DNA of 64,000 nucleotides from an uncultured Alphaproteobacteria bacterium (GTDB lineage: Bacteria > Pseudomonadota > Alphaproteobacteria > Sphingomonadales > Sphingomonadaceae): contig CAWKEE010000002.1 of NCBI GenBank assembly GCA_963848555.1, positions 420,500-484,499 on the forward strand. Direction: 5' to 3'. This document shows positions 10,108 to 19,215 of this stretch, in pieces (position 1 is the stretch's first letter; each line of letters starts with the position of its first letter). The notes beneath the pieces are model-generated. The model worked only from the letters and a program-made list of their open reading frames with translations. It had not been told where the DNA came from and did not search any database. Made by a program: the position numbers and the translations under genes.

Positions 10108-11090
10108 CGAACATGCCGGGGCCGAGGATCGAAGCTGGAGCCGCCGCCGCGCCGGCGCTGCGCGTCGCGGTGCTGCTGCCCTGCTACAATGAGGAGGCGG
10201 CGATCGGGCAGACGGTCGCGGCGTTCCGCGCGGCGCTGCCCGACGCCCTGATCTACGTCTATGACAATAACAGCGCCGACCGCACCCGCGAGGTCGCGGC
10301 GGCGGCCGGGGCGATCGTCCGCGGCGAGCGGATGCAGGGCAAGGGCCATGTCGTGCGGCGGATGTTCGCCGACGTCGAGGCCGACATCTATGTGATGGCC
10401 GACGGCGACGCCACCTACGATGCGTCGGCGGCGCCGGCGATGATCGCCCGCTTGCTCGAGGAGCGGCTCGACATGGTGGTCGGCGCCCGCCAGTCCGAGG
10501 TCGAGAGCGAATCCTACCGGCCGGGCCATGTGCTGGGCAACCGGCTGTTCACCGGCTTGCTCGCCAGCCTGTTCGGCCGCACCTTCAGCGACATCTTCTC
10601 CGGCTACCGCATCTTCTCGCGGCGCTTCGCCAAATCCTTCCCGGCGCTGTCGCGCGGCTTCGAGACCGAGACCGAGATTTCGGTCCACGCGCTCGAGCTC
10701 GCCATGCCGGTCGGCGAGATGGTCACCGCCTACGGCGCGCGGCTGGAAGGGTCGCATTCCAAGCTGTCGACCTTCCGCGACGGCTGGCGGATCATGAAGA
10801 CGATCCTGCACCTGTTCCGGATCGAGCGGCCGGTCATCTTCTACGGCAGCTTCAGCCTGTTCCTCGCCGCGCTCGCCATCGCTTTGTCGATCCCGCTCGC
10901 CATCACCTATTTCGAGACCGGGCTGGTGCCGCGCTTCCCGACCGCGATCCTCGCCACCGGCCTGATGATCCTGGCGGCTTTGAGCTTCTTCGCCGGCCTG
11001 ATCCTCGACACGGTGGTGCGCGGCCGCCGCGAGGTCAGGCGGCTCCATTATCTGAGTTTTCCCGGTCCTGGAGAACGCATCCGCGACTAG
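10104..11090 (+). CDS. Glycosyltransferase family 2 (polyprenol-phosphate glycosyltransferase, GtrB-like)
   Basis: LLPCYNEE, VYDNNSAD, ADGDATY (DxD), DIFSGYR, GFETETE and two C-terminal TM helices. Confidence 0.9.
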   Translation: MTNMPGPRIEAGAAAAPALRVAVLLPCYNEEAAIGQTVAAFRAALPDALIYVYDNNSADRTREVAAAAGAIVRGERMQGKGHVVRRMFADVEADIYVMADGDATYDASAAPAMIARLLEERLDMVVGARQSEVESESYRPGHVLGNRLFTGLLASLFGRTFSDIFSGYRIFSRRFAKSFPALSRGFETETEISVHALELAMPVGEMVTAYGARLEGSHSKLSTFRDGWRIMKTILHLFRIERPVIFYGSFSLFLAALAIALSIPLAITYFETGLVPRFPTAILATGLMILAALSFFAGLILDTVVRGRREVRRLHYLSFPGPGERIRD

Positions 11091-11152
11091 ACGCTTTTCG
11101 AGGTGTATCGCGTCAAAGCTTTACGAAAACGACTCCATTTGCGAGGATGCCC

Positions 11153-11177
11153 TTGGTCACTCCGCTCGAGTGACCAA
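11153..11177. promoter_or_regulatory. Perfect 10-bp inverted repeat, candidate operator
   Basis: TTGGTCACTC-cgctc-GAGTGACCAA, ending 26 nt before the TTG start at 11204. Confidence 0.45.
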
Positions 11178-11203
11178 AGCGACGGAATCATGAGGTCTGG
11201 CCG

Positions 11204-11617
11204 TTGGAAATCCCATTTCCCGTTGAGTTTCTAGTCCTCGGTACGCCAGTTTCTGCGGCCACCAGGAATTACAAGGCGCGAGAGCGCTGGAAGGAACGTG
11301 TGAGAGAAGCAAGTAGGCCCGCTTTGCCGGATCCGCACTGGGCCGCCGATGATCGGCTGGCTGCTACTCTTTATTACTTTCCGGATCAGCCGATGCAGGG
11401 CGACGTTGATAACATCGTTAAATATACCTTGGATGGGATGAACAAACACATTTACTTAGACGATAGACAAGTCGACCGCGTAGTCGTTCAAAAGTTCGAA
11501 CCCGGCGCGGTCTACGAGTTTCGTGATCCATCCGTGACACTGCTGGAGGCCGTCGAGTCTGAAAGGCCGGTGCTCTACATTGAGCTGAGCACGGATATCT
11601 ATGGGGAACTGAAATGA
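11204..11617 (+). CDS. RusA-family endodeoxyribonuclease-like protein
   Basis: GDVDNIVKYTLDG...DDRQV matches the RusA DxDN-K-D...DD pattern; TTG start with GAGG 8 nt upstream; low GC. Confidence 0.78.
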   Translation: MEIPFPVEFLVLGTPVSAATRNYKARERWKERVREASRPALPDPHWAADDRLAATLYYFPDQPMQGDVDNIVKYTLDGMNKHIYLDDRQVDRVVVQKFEPGAVYEFRDPSVTLLEAVESERPVLYIELSTDIYGELK

Positions 11618-12279
11618 GTGCGCCTACCGTGGAGCGCTTGGCGATCGAGAATGTTGTACGGGACTTGGTCGAGCAAGGCTATGAAGTGCTGCAGGAACCG
11701 TCGCGGACCGCGACACCTGAGTTTCTGGCAGGGTATCGACCTGATCTGATCGCTTTCAAGGAGCCAGGTCCCAATCTGGTTGTCGAGGTCAAACGAAGGG
11801 GGCAGAAGTCTGCAACGAACCTCGCGGAAATCCGGAGGCGCTTTAAGGGCCACTCGGACTGGCAATTTAGCGTTGTGTGGGTCGAGCCAATGTCTGGCGC
11901 TGGAGGGATCGACTTATCGTCGGCTCAGGAGATTCATGATCGGACCACAGAGGCGGTTGGCCTCGTTGAGGCTGGCTATCTGCGACCGGCGCTGCTGATA
12001 TGCTGGGCGCTCCTTGAGGGCATCGCACGATCCTACCTTCCTGATACCTTGCAGAAACCTCAAGCGCCGCGAAGTGTAGTTCAGGCGTTGGAGGGCGAAG
12101 GATTCATCGATGCCGAAGAAGCAACGTTCCTCCGCCGGCTTGCCGAAGCGCGCAACAGGCTCATTCATGGCGTTGTTGGAGAGGATGTAGAAGAGTCGGA
12201 TGTTCGAGATTTCTTGGCGATAATTCAGCATTTAATTCGCGATTTGGCCACAACCAGCTTCGCCGCAGATGAAGACTAG
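11614..12279 (+). CDS. PD-(D/E)xK (AHJR-like REase) domain fused to HEPN domain
   Basis: N-terminal YRPDLIA...VVEVK; helical C-terminus with WALLE and ARNRLIHG (R-x4-H); ATGA overlap with the upstream gene; low GC. Confidence 0.75.
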   Translation: MSAPTVERLAIENVVRDLVEQGYEVLQEPSRTATPEFLAGYRPDLIAFKEPGPNLVVEVKRRGQKSATNLAEIRRRFKGHSDWQFSVVWVEPMSGAGGIDLSSAQEIHDRTTEAVGLVEAGYLRPALLICWALLEGIARSYLPDTLQKPQAPRSVVQALEGEGFIDAEEATFLRRLAEARNRLIHGVVGEDVEESDVRDFLAIIQHLIRDLATTSFAADED

Positions 12280-12385
12280 CTGCCGACGCACGCGCCGAGA
12301 TTCCGGCTGCTAACAGCTTGCGGCGCCGCGCGCGTGAGCACGCTGGGGTGGGGCGGCGGAAATAATTCCGCCGCCACCGATTGCC

Positions 12386-13366
12386 TCAATCTTCCGTGAT
12401 CGCCGGCAGCGTGAACGCGCCGTTCACGCCGTTGCCGCGATTGCGGTTGTTGCCATAGGTGTTGATGGTGCCGCCGCCGACGTCGACGCCGGTGCCGCAG
12501 CCGGTGATCGTCGTGTGGGCGACCCGCAATATGGTGCTGGAGCCGCCGTTCACGTCGATGCCGGTGCCGCTGCACAGCGCGATGAACGAATCGACGATCA
12601 TGCCGTTGACGCTGGTGGTCGCCGCCGGCTGGCCGACCTGGATGCCGTTGGTGCCGCCGACGAACTGGCTGTTCTCGACGAACAAAGAAATGCCGGCGCC
12701 GGTATTGCCGGTGGTGTCGACCCGCAACTGGTTGTTCAAATTGTTCTGGACGCGCACGTTCCTCAAGACCACCCGGGCGCTGCCGCCGGCGCCGGTCGGC
12801 TGGATCACGATGCCCCCGCCGGTGGTGGCGGTGCCATTGTCGGCGATCGTCGTGTTGGTGATCGTCACCTCGGTGGCCACGCTGGGCCGGATGTGGACGC
12901 CGACCCCGCTCGTCGCGTTGAAACGACGGATCGTGCTGTTCTGGATGTGGACCGCCCCGGCGGCGAGGATCCTGACGCCGTTGGTGGAAGTGCCGACTCC
13001 GAAAAAGTCGATGCCGCTCAGGAAGACGGTATCGGTCGCCGCGGCGTTGATAATAATCCCGTGGACGCCCGCGCCGGCGACCAGCGACCCGCCCTCGGTA
13101 TAGTCGCAGATGATCGACAGCGACTTGTTGATGGTGACGCCGCCATAGCCGCCCGGATCGAGGCAGTTGATCTCGCCGCCGGGCGCGGTCTTGATGATCG
13201 CGCCGGCGAAGGTCCGGCACGGCGCGGTGCGACTGCACGGATCGGCATCGCTGCCGACGCCCGAGACCCAGGTGCGGGTCGCCTGCGCCGAAGCGGGCGC
13301 GGCCCAGGTGGCTCCGGCCGCCAGAAGCATGGCCGCCAGAATGTTGCGCTTGCTGATCATGGTCAT
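12386..13366 (-). CDS. Secreted right-handed parallel beta-helix (pectin lyase-like) protein, copy 1
   Basis: Signal peptide, [18 protein letters not shown] start, Gly/Thr/Asn/Ile-rich beta-coil repeats. Confidence 0.82.
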   Translation of the reverse strand: MTMISKRNILAAMLLAAGATWAAPASAQATRTWVSGVGSDADPCSRTAPCRTFAGAIIKTAPGGEINCLDPGGYGGVTINKSLSIICDYTEGGSLVAGAGVHGIIINAAATDTVFLSGIDFFGVGTSTNGVRILAAGAVHIQNSTIRRFNATSGVGVHIRPSVATEVTITNTTIADNGTATTGGGIVIQPTGAGGSARVVLRNVRVQNNLNNQLRVDTTGNTGAGISLFVENSQFVGGTNGIQVGQPAATTSVNGMIVDSFIALCSGTGIDVNGGSSTILRVAHTTITGCGTGVDVGGGTINTYGNNRNRGNGVNGAFTLPAITED

Positions 13367-13387
13367 GTCGCGATTCCCTCTGCTGAT

Positions 13388-13438
13388 GCCGCATTGGCGC
13401 GGACGAGGGAGCCTAGGCCGGCGCTTGTCATCCGGCCA
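13388..13438 (-). promoter_or_regulatory. Conserved promoter plus leader hairpin, copy 1
   Basis: Minus strand TGGCCG-N17-TAGGCT followed by CGTCCGCGCCAATGCGGC. Confidence 0.5.
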
Positions 13439-13837
13439 TGGCTGAGTCCGGTCGAGGCGCCGGAGTGACCTGGCTGCTCACCAGCCGGCCAGGCGGCCGG
13501 TAAAGTTCACAAAGTTGAGGAAGTTGAGGGTCCAACGCGCCTGGGCGCGCCCGCGCGCGCGAGCCGGCCGCCCTCGCCGGCAGCCGGACGCGGCGGCGGC
13601 CGGGCGCGTTGACGAGCTCGCCCTTGCCCGGGATGGCGCGCAGTTCCTCCTCGTGAGCGCAGCTCTTGGGGAGGAAAACGCCCCGGCCAGCCGACCGTTG
13701 AGGCCGGTTCACGATAAGAAAGAGCCGCCTTCCGCCGGCAGGGAAGGCCGAATCAGACCCGCTCGAGCACCCAAATTTATATCACAAATATGTTAGATCG
13801 CCAATAGTAGTCTATTAAAGCCCCTCAGATACAGACT

Positions 13838-13887
13838 GGCGGGCGGGAGCGGCATGTCGATACGGCGAGGCCCGCTCCCCGCCGCCT
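13838..13887 (-). terminator. GC-rich stem-loop downstream of beta-helix copy 2
   Basis: GCGGGCGGGAGCGG ... CCGCTCCCCGCCGC arms directly after the stop at 13892. Confidence 0.4.
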
Positions 13888-13891
13888 GGCT

Positions 13892-14869
13892 TCAATCCTC
13901 CGAGATCGCCGGCAGCGTGAAGGCGCCGGCGGCGGTGTTGCCGTCGTTGCGGTTGTTGCCATAGGTGTTGACGGTTCCGCCGCCGACGTCGACGCCGGTG
14001 CCGCAGCGGGTGATCGTCGTGTGGGCGACCCGCAGGGTCGTGGCGGAGCCGCCGTTCACGTCGATGCCGGTGCCGGTGCACATCGCGATGGTCGAACCGG
14101 TGATCATGCCGACGACATTGGTGGTCCCGTTCGGCTGGCCGACCTGGATGCCGTTCGTGCCGCCGATGAACTGGCTGTCCTCGACCACCAGCGAAATGCC
14201 GGAGCCGGTATTGCCGGTGGTGTCGATCCTCAGCTGGTTGTTCGCATTGTTCTGGACGCGCACGTTCCTCAACGTCACCTGGGCGCTGCCGCCGGCGCCG
14301 GTCGGCTGGATCAATATGCCGCCGCCGGTGGCGCCGCTGCCATTGTCGGCGATGGTGGTGTCGACGATCGTCACCTGGGTGGCGGTGCTCGGCGTGATGC
14401 GGACGCCGAGGCCGCTCGCCGCGTTGAACCGGCGGATCACGCTGTCCTGAAGGTGGACGACGCCGCCGGCGAGGATCCTGAGGCCGTTGGTGGCGGTGGT
14501 GGCGCCCTGGAAATCGATGCCGCGCAGGAAGACGGAATCACTCGCCCCGGCGTTGACGGTGATGCCGTTGACGCCGGCGCCGGCGACCAGCGAGCCACCT
14601 TCGGTATATTGGCAGATGATCGAGATCGACTTGTTGATGGTGAGGCCGCCATAGCCGCCCGGATCGAGGCAGTTGATCTCGCCGCCGGCCGAGGTCTTGT
14701 TGAAGGCGCCGGCGAAGGTGCGGCACGGCGCGGTGCGGCTGCACGGATCGGCGTCGTTGCCGACGCCCGACACGAAGGTGCGGGTCTGCGCGGTCACGTG
14801 CACCGCCCAGGTGCTGCCGGTCACCAGAAGAACCGCCGCCAAGAGCTTACGCCTGCTGAACTGGGACAT
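13892..14869 (-). CDS. Secreted parallel beta-helix protein, copy 2
   Basis: Paralog of copy 1 with its own signal peptide; ends AFTLPAISED. Confidence 0.82.
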   Translation of the reverse strand: MSQFSRRKLLAAVLLVTGSTWAVHVTAQTRTFVSGVGNDADPCSRTAPCRTFAGAFNKTSAGGEINCLDPGGYGGLTINKSISIICQYTEGGSLVAGAGVNGITVNAGASDSVFLRGIDFQGATTATNGLRILAGGVVHLQDSVIRRFNAASGLGVRITPSTATQVTIVDTTIADNGSGATGGGILIQPTGAGGSAQVTLRNVRVQNNANNQLRIDTTGNTGSGISLVVEDSQFIGGTNGIQVGQPNGTTNVVGMITGSTIAMCTGTGIDVNGGSATTLRVAHTTITRCGTGVDVGGGTVNTYGNNRNDGNTAAGAFTLPAISED

Positions 14870-14887
14870 GTCGAATCTCCCTCCATT

Positions 14888-14939
14888 GCCGCATCGGCGC
14901 GGACGGTGGGAGACTAAGTCCTGCCCGGTGGCTGTGCCA
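14888..14939 (-). promoter_or_regulatory. Conserved promoter plus leader hairpin, copy 2
   Basis: Minus strand TGGCAC-N17-TAGTCT followed by CGTCCGCGCCGATGCGGC. Confidence 0.5.
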
Positions 14940-15028
14940 CCGATTAGTTTGTTGGGCGCATGCGGCCGTTCAGCGAATCCCTGCCTTCCGTGCCGTACAG
15001 CCTGTCGCTGTCGCCGCCTGCGCCCGAC

Positions 15029-16003
15029 TCAATCCTCCGCGATCGCCGGCAGCGTGAAGGCGCCGGCGGCGGTGTTGCCGTCGTTGCGGTTGTTGCCATA
15101 GGTGTTGATGGTTCCGCCGCCGACGTCGACGCCGGTGCCGCATCGGGTGATCGTCGTGTGGGCGACTCGCACCGTCGTGCTGGATCCGCCGTTCACGTCG
15201 ATGCCGGTGCCGGTGCACATCGCGATGGTCGAACCGGTGATCATGCCGACGACATTGGTGGTCCCGTTCGGCTGGCCGACCTGGATGCCGTTCGTGCCGC
15301 CGATGAACTGGCTGTCCTCGACCACCAGCGAAATGCCGGAGCCGGTATTGCCGGTGGTGTCGATCCTCAGCTGGTTGTTCGCATTGTTCTGGACGCGCAC
15401 GTTCCTCAACGTCACCTGGGCGCTGCCGCCGGCGCCGGTCGGCTGGATCAATATGCCGCCGCCGGTGGCGCCGCTGCCATTGTCGGCGATGGTGGTGTCG
15501 ACGATCGTCACCTGGGTGGCGGCGCTCGGCGTGATGCGGACGCCGAGGCCGCTCGCCGCGTTGAACCGGCGGATCACGCTGTCCTGAAGGTGGACCACGC
15601 CGCCGGCGAGGATCCTGAGGCCGTTGGTGGCGGTGGTGGCGCCCTGGAAATCGATGCCGCGCAGGAAGACGGAATCACTCGCCCCGGCGTTGACGGTGAT
15701 GCCGTTGACGCCCGCGCCGGCGACCAGCGAGCCGCCTTCGGTATATTGGCAGATGATCGAGATCGACTTGTTGATGGTGAGGCCGCCATAGCCGCCGGGA
15801 TCGAGGCAGTTGATCTCGCCGCCCGGCGCGGTCTTGTTGAAGGCGCCGGAGAAGGTGCGGCAGGGCGCGGTCCGGCTGCACGGATCGGCGTCGTTGCCGA
15901 CGCCCGACACGAACGTGCGGGTCGCCTGCGCGTAGAGGTGGGTGGCCCAACCGCTGCCGGTCACCAGGAGAATCGCCGCGAACATCTTGCGCTTGCTGGT
16001 CAT
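15029..16003 (-). CDS. Secreted parallel beta-helix protein, copy 3
   Basis: Start MTSKRKMF at 16003 after GAGGAG; nearly identical to copy 2 at an offset of 1137 nt; ends [10 protein letters not shown]. Confidence 0.82.
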   Translation of the reverse strand: MTSKRKMFAAILLVTGSGWATHLYAQATRTFVSGVGNDADPCSRTAPCRTFSGAFNKTAPGGEINCLDPGGYGGLTINKSISIICQYTEGGSLVAGAGVNGITVNAGASDSVFLRGIDFQGATTATNGLRILAGGVVHLQDSVIRRFNAASGLGVRITPSAATQVTIVDTTIADNGSGATGGGILIQPTGAGGSAQVTLRNVRVQNNANNQLRIDTTGNTGSGISLVVEDSQFIGGTNGIQVGQPNGTTNVVGMITGSTIAMCTGTGIDVNGGSSTTVRVAHTTITRCGTGVDVGGGTINTYGNNRNDGNTAAGAFTLPAIAED

Positions 16004-16020
16004 GTTGAACCTCCTCGATT

Positions 16021-16072
16021 GCCGCATCGGCGCGGACGGGGCGAGCGTAGGACTTCGGCCGCCGCGCGGCTA
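16021..16072 (-). promoter_or_regulatory. Conserved promoter plus leader hairpin, copy 3
   Basis: Minus strand TAGCCG-N17-TACGCT followed by CGTCCGCGCCGATGCGGC. Confidence 0.5.
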
Positions 16073-16291
16073 CCGCTTCGTGCCGCGGGACGGGGCGGCG
16101 CCCGCCAGTCGCCCGGGCCGCGGCGCATGTCGCCCCTGTAACAATATTGCCACGGCTCGCGGAAATCGGCGGTGCCGGCAGCAACCGGCAAGAGAATATT
16201 CTCCCCGATTATCGAGCGGCGGAGTAGAAAAGCGCAGGGACTTGAGGCGCCGCCACACGAAGCGGCCGCCGGTTCTTGGGGAAAGCCAGCG

Positions 16292-19159
16292 ATGATCAGC
16301 TTCACGCGCAAATTCCGCATCTCCGCCGCCACTCTCGCCATCGCCGCCGCCACCGTCGCCATGCCGGGCACGGCCTGGGCGCAGCCGGGCACCCAGCCCG
16401 ATGAGGCGCAGCCGGCGACCGACGCCGGCGAGAGCGAGGACGAAGGCTCGATCCTCGTCACCGGCTCGCGCATCCGCCGCGACCCGCTCGACCAGGACCA
16501 GCCGGTCGTGTTCGTCGACCGCGCCGACATCGATCGCACCGGCCTGGTTTCGACCGCCGAGGTGCTGCAGCGCCTGCCGAGCTCGGGCGGCGCGCTCAAC
16601 AGCCGGTTCAACAATAGCGGCAATTTCGGCAATCCGCCCGACGGCGGCGGCGTCGGCGCCGGCGCCGCCGAGGTCGACCTGCGCTATCTCGGCTCGCGCC
16701 GCACGCTCGTCCTCCTCAACGGCCTGCGCTACGTCAACGCCGCCTCGGCGAGCGGCGTGCCGGGCTCGACCGACTTGAACACCATCCCCGAGAATATGAT
16801 CGAGCGGATCGAGGTGCTGCAGATGGGCGCCGGCGCCATTTACGGCTCGGACGCCATTGCCGGCGTCGTCAACATCATCCCGTTGACCAGCCAGGAGGGT
16901 TTCCGCGCCTCGGCCCAGATGGGCGGCTTCATCGAGGGCGACGGCTTCCAGCAGAATTATGCGCTGAGCTGGGGCAGCGGCGGCCCCGAGGACTCCACCC
17001 GGATCATCGTCGGCGGCCATTATTTCAAGCAGGACGAGGTCAGCTCGGGCTCGCGCGAGCTGTCGCAATTCCCGACGCCGGGCATCGGCGCCTGCGACAA
17101 CACCTGCAGCTCGGGAACGCCGAACGGCCGCTTCATCGTGCTCGACCAGGACCTGACCCTGCGCGCGCCGGTGATCGGACGCGCACCCACGCTCGCCGAC
17201 TACCGCGCCTTCGCCGGCGCTCCGGACCGGTTCAACTTCGCGCCGTTCAACTTCCAGCAGATCCCGCTCGAGCGCTATGGCGGCTTCGTCACCCTGGTCC
17301 AGGAGCTGGGCGAGAACGCCACCTTCACCGCGCGCGGCATCTACAACCGTCGCAATTCGAGCAACCAGGCGGCGCCATTGCCTCTGTTCGTCGGGCCCGA
17401 CGCCGGCAATGGCAATCTGCTCGACACGATCGCGATCGACGTCACCAACCCGTTCAACCCGTTCGGGGTGACCCTGCGCGGCGACGATCCGACGACCGAC
17501 GGCGTCAACGAAGCGACCTACGCCTTCATCGGCCGCCGCGTCGTCGAGAACGGCCCGCGCCGCTACGACCAGCAGGTCGACACTTATTATATCTCGGCGA
17601 CGCTCGACGGCTCGTTCGAGCTGATGGGCAATGAATGGTTCTGGGACGTCAACGGGGTCTGGGGGCGCAACCGCGCCGAGCAGGAGGTGCACGGCAACAT
17701 CAACGCCGCCAACCTCGCCCGCGCTTTGGGGCCGGTGGCGGCCTGCACCGCGCCGTGCGTGCCGTTCAACATCTTCGGCGGCGCCGGCTCGATCACCCAG
17801 CCGATGCTCGATTTTGTCGCCTTCACCCAGCGCGATTCGAGCCGCCAGCGGCTGTGGGACGTTTCCGCCAACCTCACCGGCGGCCTGTTCGAGCTGCCCG
17901 GCGGCACCGCCGCGATCGCGTTCGGCATCGAGCATCGCGACCAGAAAGGCCGGTTCGATCCGGACCCGATCGTCGCCGCCGGCCTCGGTTCAGACATTCC
18001 GGCGCTGCCGACCGCCGGCGGCTTCAACGTCGACGAGGCCTATGCCGAGCTGCGGCTGCCGCTGCTCCGCGACACGCCCTTCTTCCACCGCCTCGAGCTG
18101 ACCGGCGCCGCCCGATATTCCGATTATTCGACATCGGGTTCGACGACGACGTTCAGCGCCGGCGTGAACTGGCAGCCGATCGAGGACCTGCTGTTCCGCG
18201 GCAGCTGGGCGGAAGGCTTCCGCGCGCCCAGCATCGGCGAATTGTTCGGCACGCCGTCACGCTTCGACCAGGAGGTGAGCGATCCCTGCTCGCAGGGCAG
18301 CACCGCCGACCGCAATTTCGAGAATGACGCGACGGTGCGCGCGAATTGCATCGCCGAGGGCGTCCCCGCCGACGGCAGCTACCAGCAGCTGAACTCGCAA
18401 ATCTCGGTGGTGACCGGCGGCAACGAGGATCTCGACGCCGAGAGCTCGGAAAGCTGGGGAGTCGGCGCGGTGTGGAGTCCGTCCTTCCTGCCCAGGCTGT
18501 CGCTCGAGGCCAATTATTTCAACATCCGCGTCGACGGCGCCATCCAGGCGATCGACGCCGAGGTGCTGCTCGCCCGCTGCGCCAACACCCGCGACGCGCT
18601 GAGCTGCGACGCGATCAGCCGCACCGGCTCGGGCCAGATCTCGCAAATCCGCGGCTTCCTGCAGAACATCGCCAGCATCGAGACCGACGGCCTCGACCTG
18701 ATCCTGAACTATCGCAGCCCGGAGACCGGCGCGGGCACATTCGGCCTGTACTGGTCCAACACCTTCCTGTTCAACTACGACGTCACCGTCCCGGCCACGG
18801 ACGGTTTCACCGTCATCGCGCGCGAAGGCACCGAGCAGGGCAGCCCGGACCAGGCCTTCCCGAAATACAAGTCGACCGCGATCCTCGACTGGAGCTGGGA
18901 GGAATTCGGCGCCTCGATCACCGGCCGCTATATCGGCGGCGTCGACGAGGCCAACGGCAACCGCATGGACTCGATGTTCTACACCGATCTGCAGATCCGG
19001 TTCGAGGTCAACGACCGGTTCGGCTTCGCGATCGGCGCCAACAACATCTTCGGCGCCGATCCGCCGCCCTGCTTCACCTGCGGCCTCAACAATATCGATC
19101 CGACCACTTACGACGTGCCCGGCACCTTCGTTTACGCCCGGGCGACGCTGAGGATGTAG
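16292..19159 (+). CDS. TonB-dependent receptor
   Basis: Signal peptide, ILVTGSRI TonB-box region, plug motif IERIEVL...[19 protein letters not shown]-terminal [16 protein letters not shown] beta-strand. Confidence 0.93.
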   Translation: MISFTRKFRISAATLAIAAATVAMPGTAWAQPGTQPDEAQPATDAGESEDEGSILVTGSRIRRDPLDQDQPVVFVDRADIDRTGLVSTAEVLQRLPSSGGALNSRFNNSGNFGNPPDGGGVGAGAAEVDLRYLGSRRTLVLLNGLRYVNAASASGVPGSTDLNTIPENMIERIEVLQMGAGAIYGSDAIAGVVNIIPLTSQEGFRASAQMGGFIEGDGFQQNYALSWGSGGPEDSTRIIVGGHYFKQDEVSSGSRELSQFPTPGIGACDNTCSSGTPNGRFIVLDQDLTLRAPVIGRAPTLADYRAFAGAPDRFNFAPFNFQQIPLERYGGFVTLVQELGENATFTARGIYNRRNSSNQAAPLPLFVGPDAGNGNLLDTIAIDVTNPFNPFGVTLRGDDPTTDGVNEATYAFIGRRVVENGPRRYDQQVDTYYISATLDGSFELMGNEWFWDVNGVWGRNRAEQEVHGNINAANLARALGPVAACTAPCVPFNIFGGAGSITQPMLDFVAFTQRDSSRQRLWDVSANLTGGLFELPGGTAAIAFGIEHRDQKGRFDPDPIVAAGLGSDIPALPTAGGFNVDEAYAELRLPLLRDTPFFHRLELTGAARYSDYSTSGSTTTFSAGVNWQPIEDLLFRGSWAEGFRAPSIGELFGTPSRFDQEVSDPCSQGSTADRNFENDATVRANCIAEGVPADGSYQQLNSQISVVTGGNEDLDAESSESWGVGAVWSPSFLPRLSLEANYFNIRVDGAIQAIDAEVLLARCANTRDALSCDAISRTGSGQISQIRGFLQNIASIETDGLDLILNYRSPETGAGTFGLYWSNTFLFNYDVTVPATDGFTVIAREGTEQGSPDQAFPKYKSTAILDWSWEEFGASITGRYIGGVDEANGNRMDSMFYTDLQIRFEVNDRFGFAIGANNIFGADPPPCFTCGLNNIDPTTYDVPGTFVYARATLRM

Positions 19160-19215
19160 GGCGTTGGGGACGGCCGCTCGCGGCTGTCCCCGGCGACTTC
19201 TTCTCCCGGCGCGCC

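Noticed and set aside
14934-14939. TGGCAC as a sigma54 -24 element for beta-helix copy 2
   Set aside because: No TTGC at the -12 position; the spacing fits a sigma70 -35 box shared with the other copies.
16004-16291. Cobalamin/TPP riboswitch or Fur box upstream of the TonB receptor
   Set aside because: No recognisable riboswitch core or GATAATGAT-type box.
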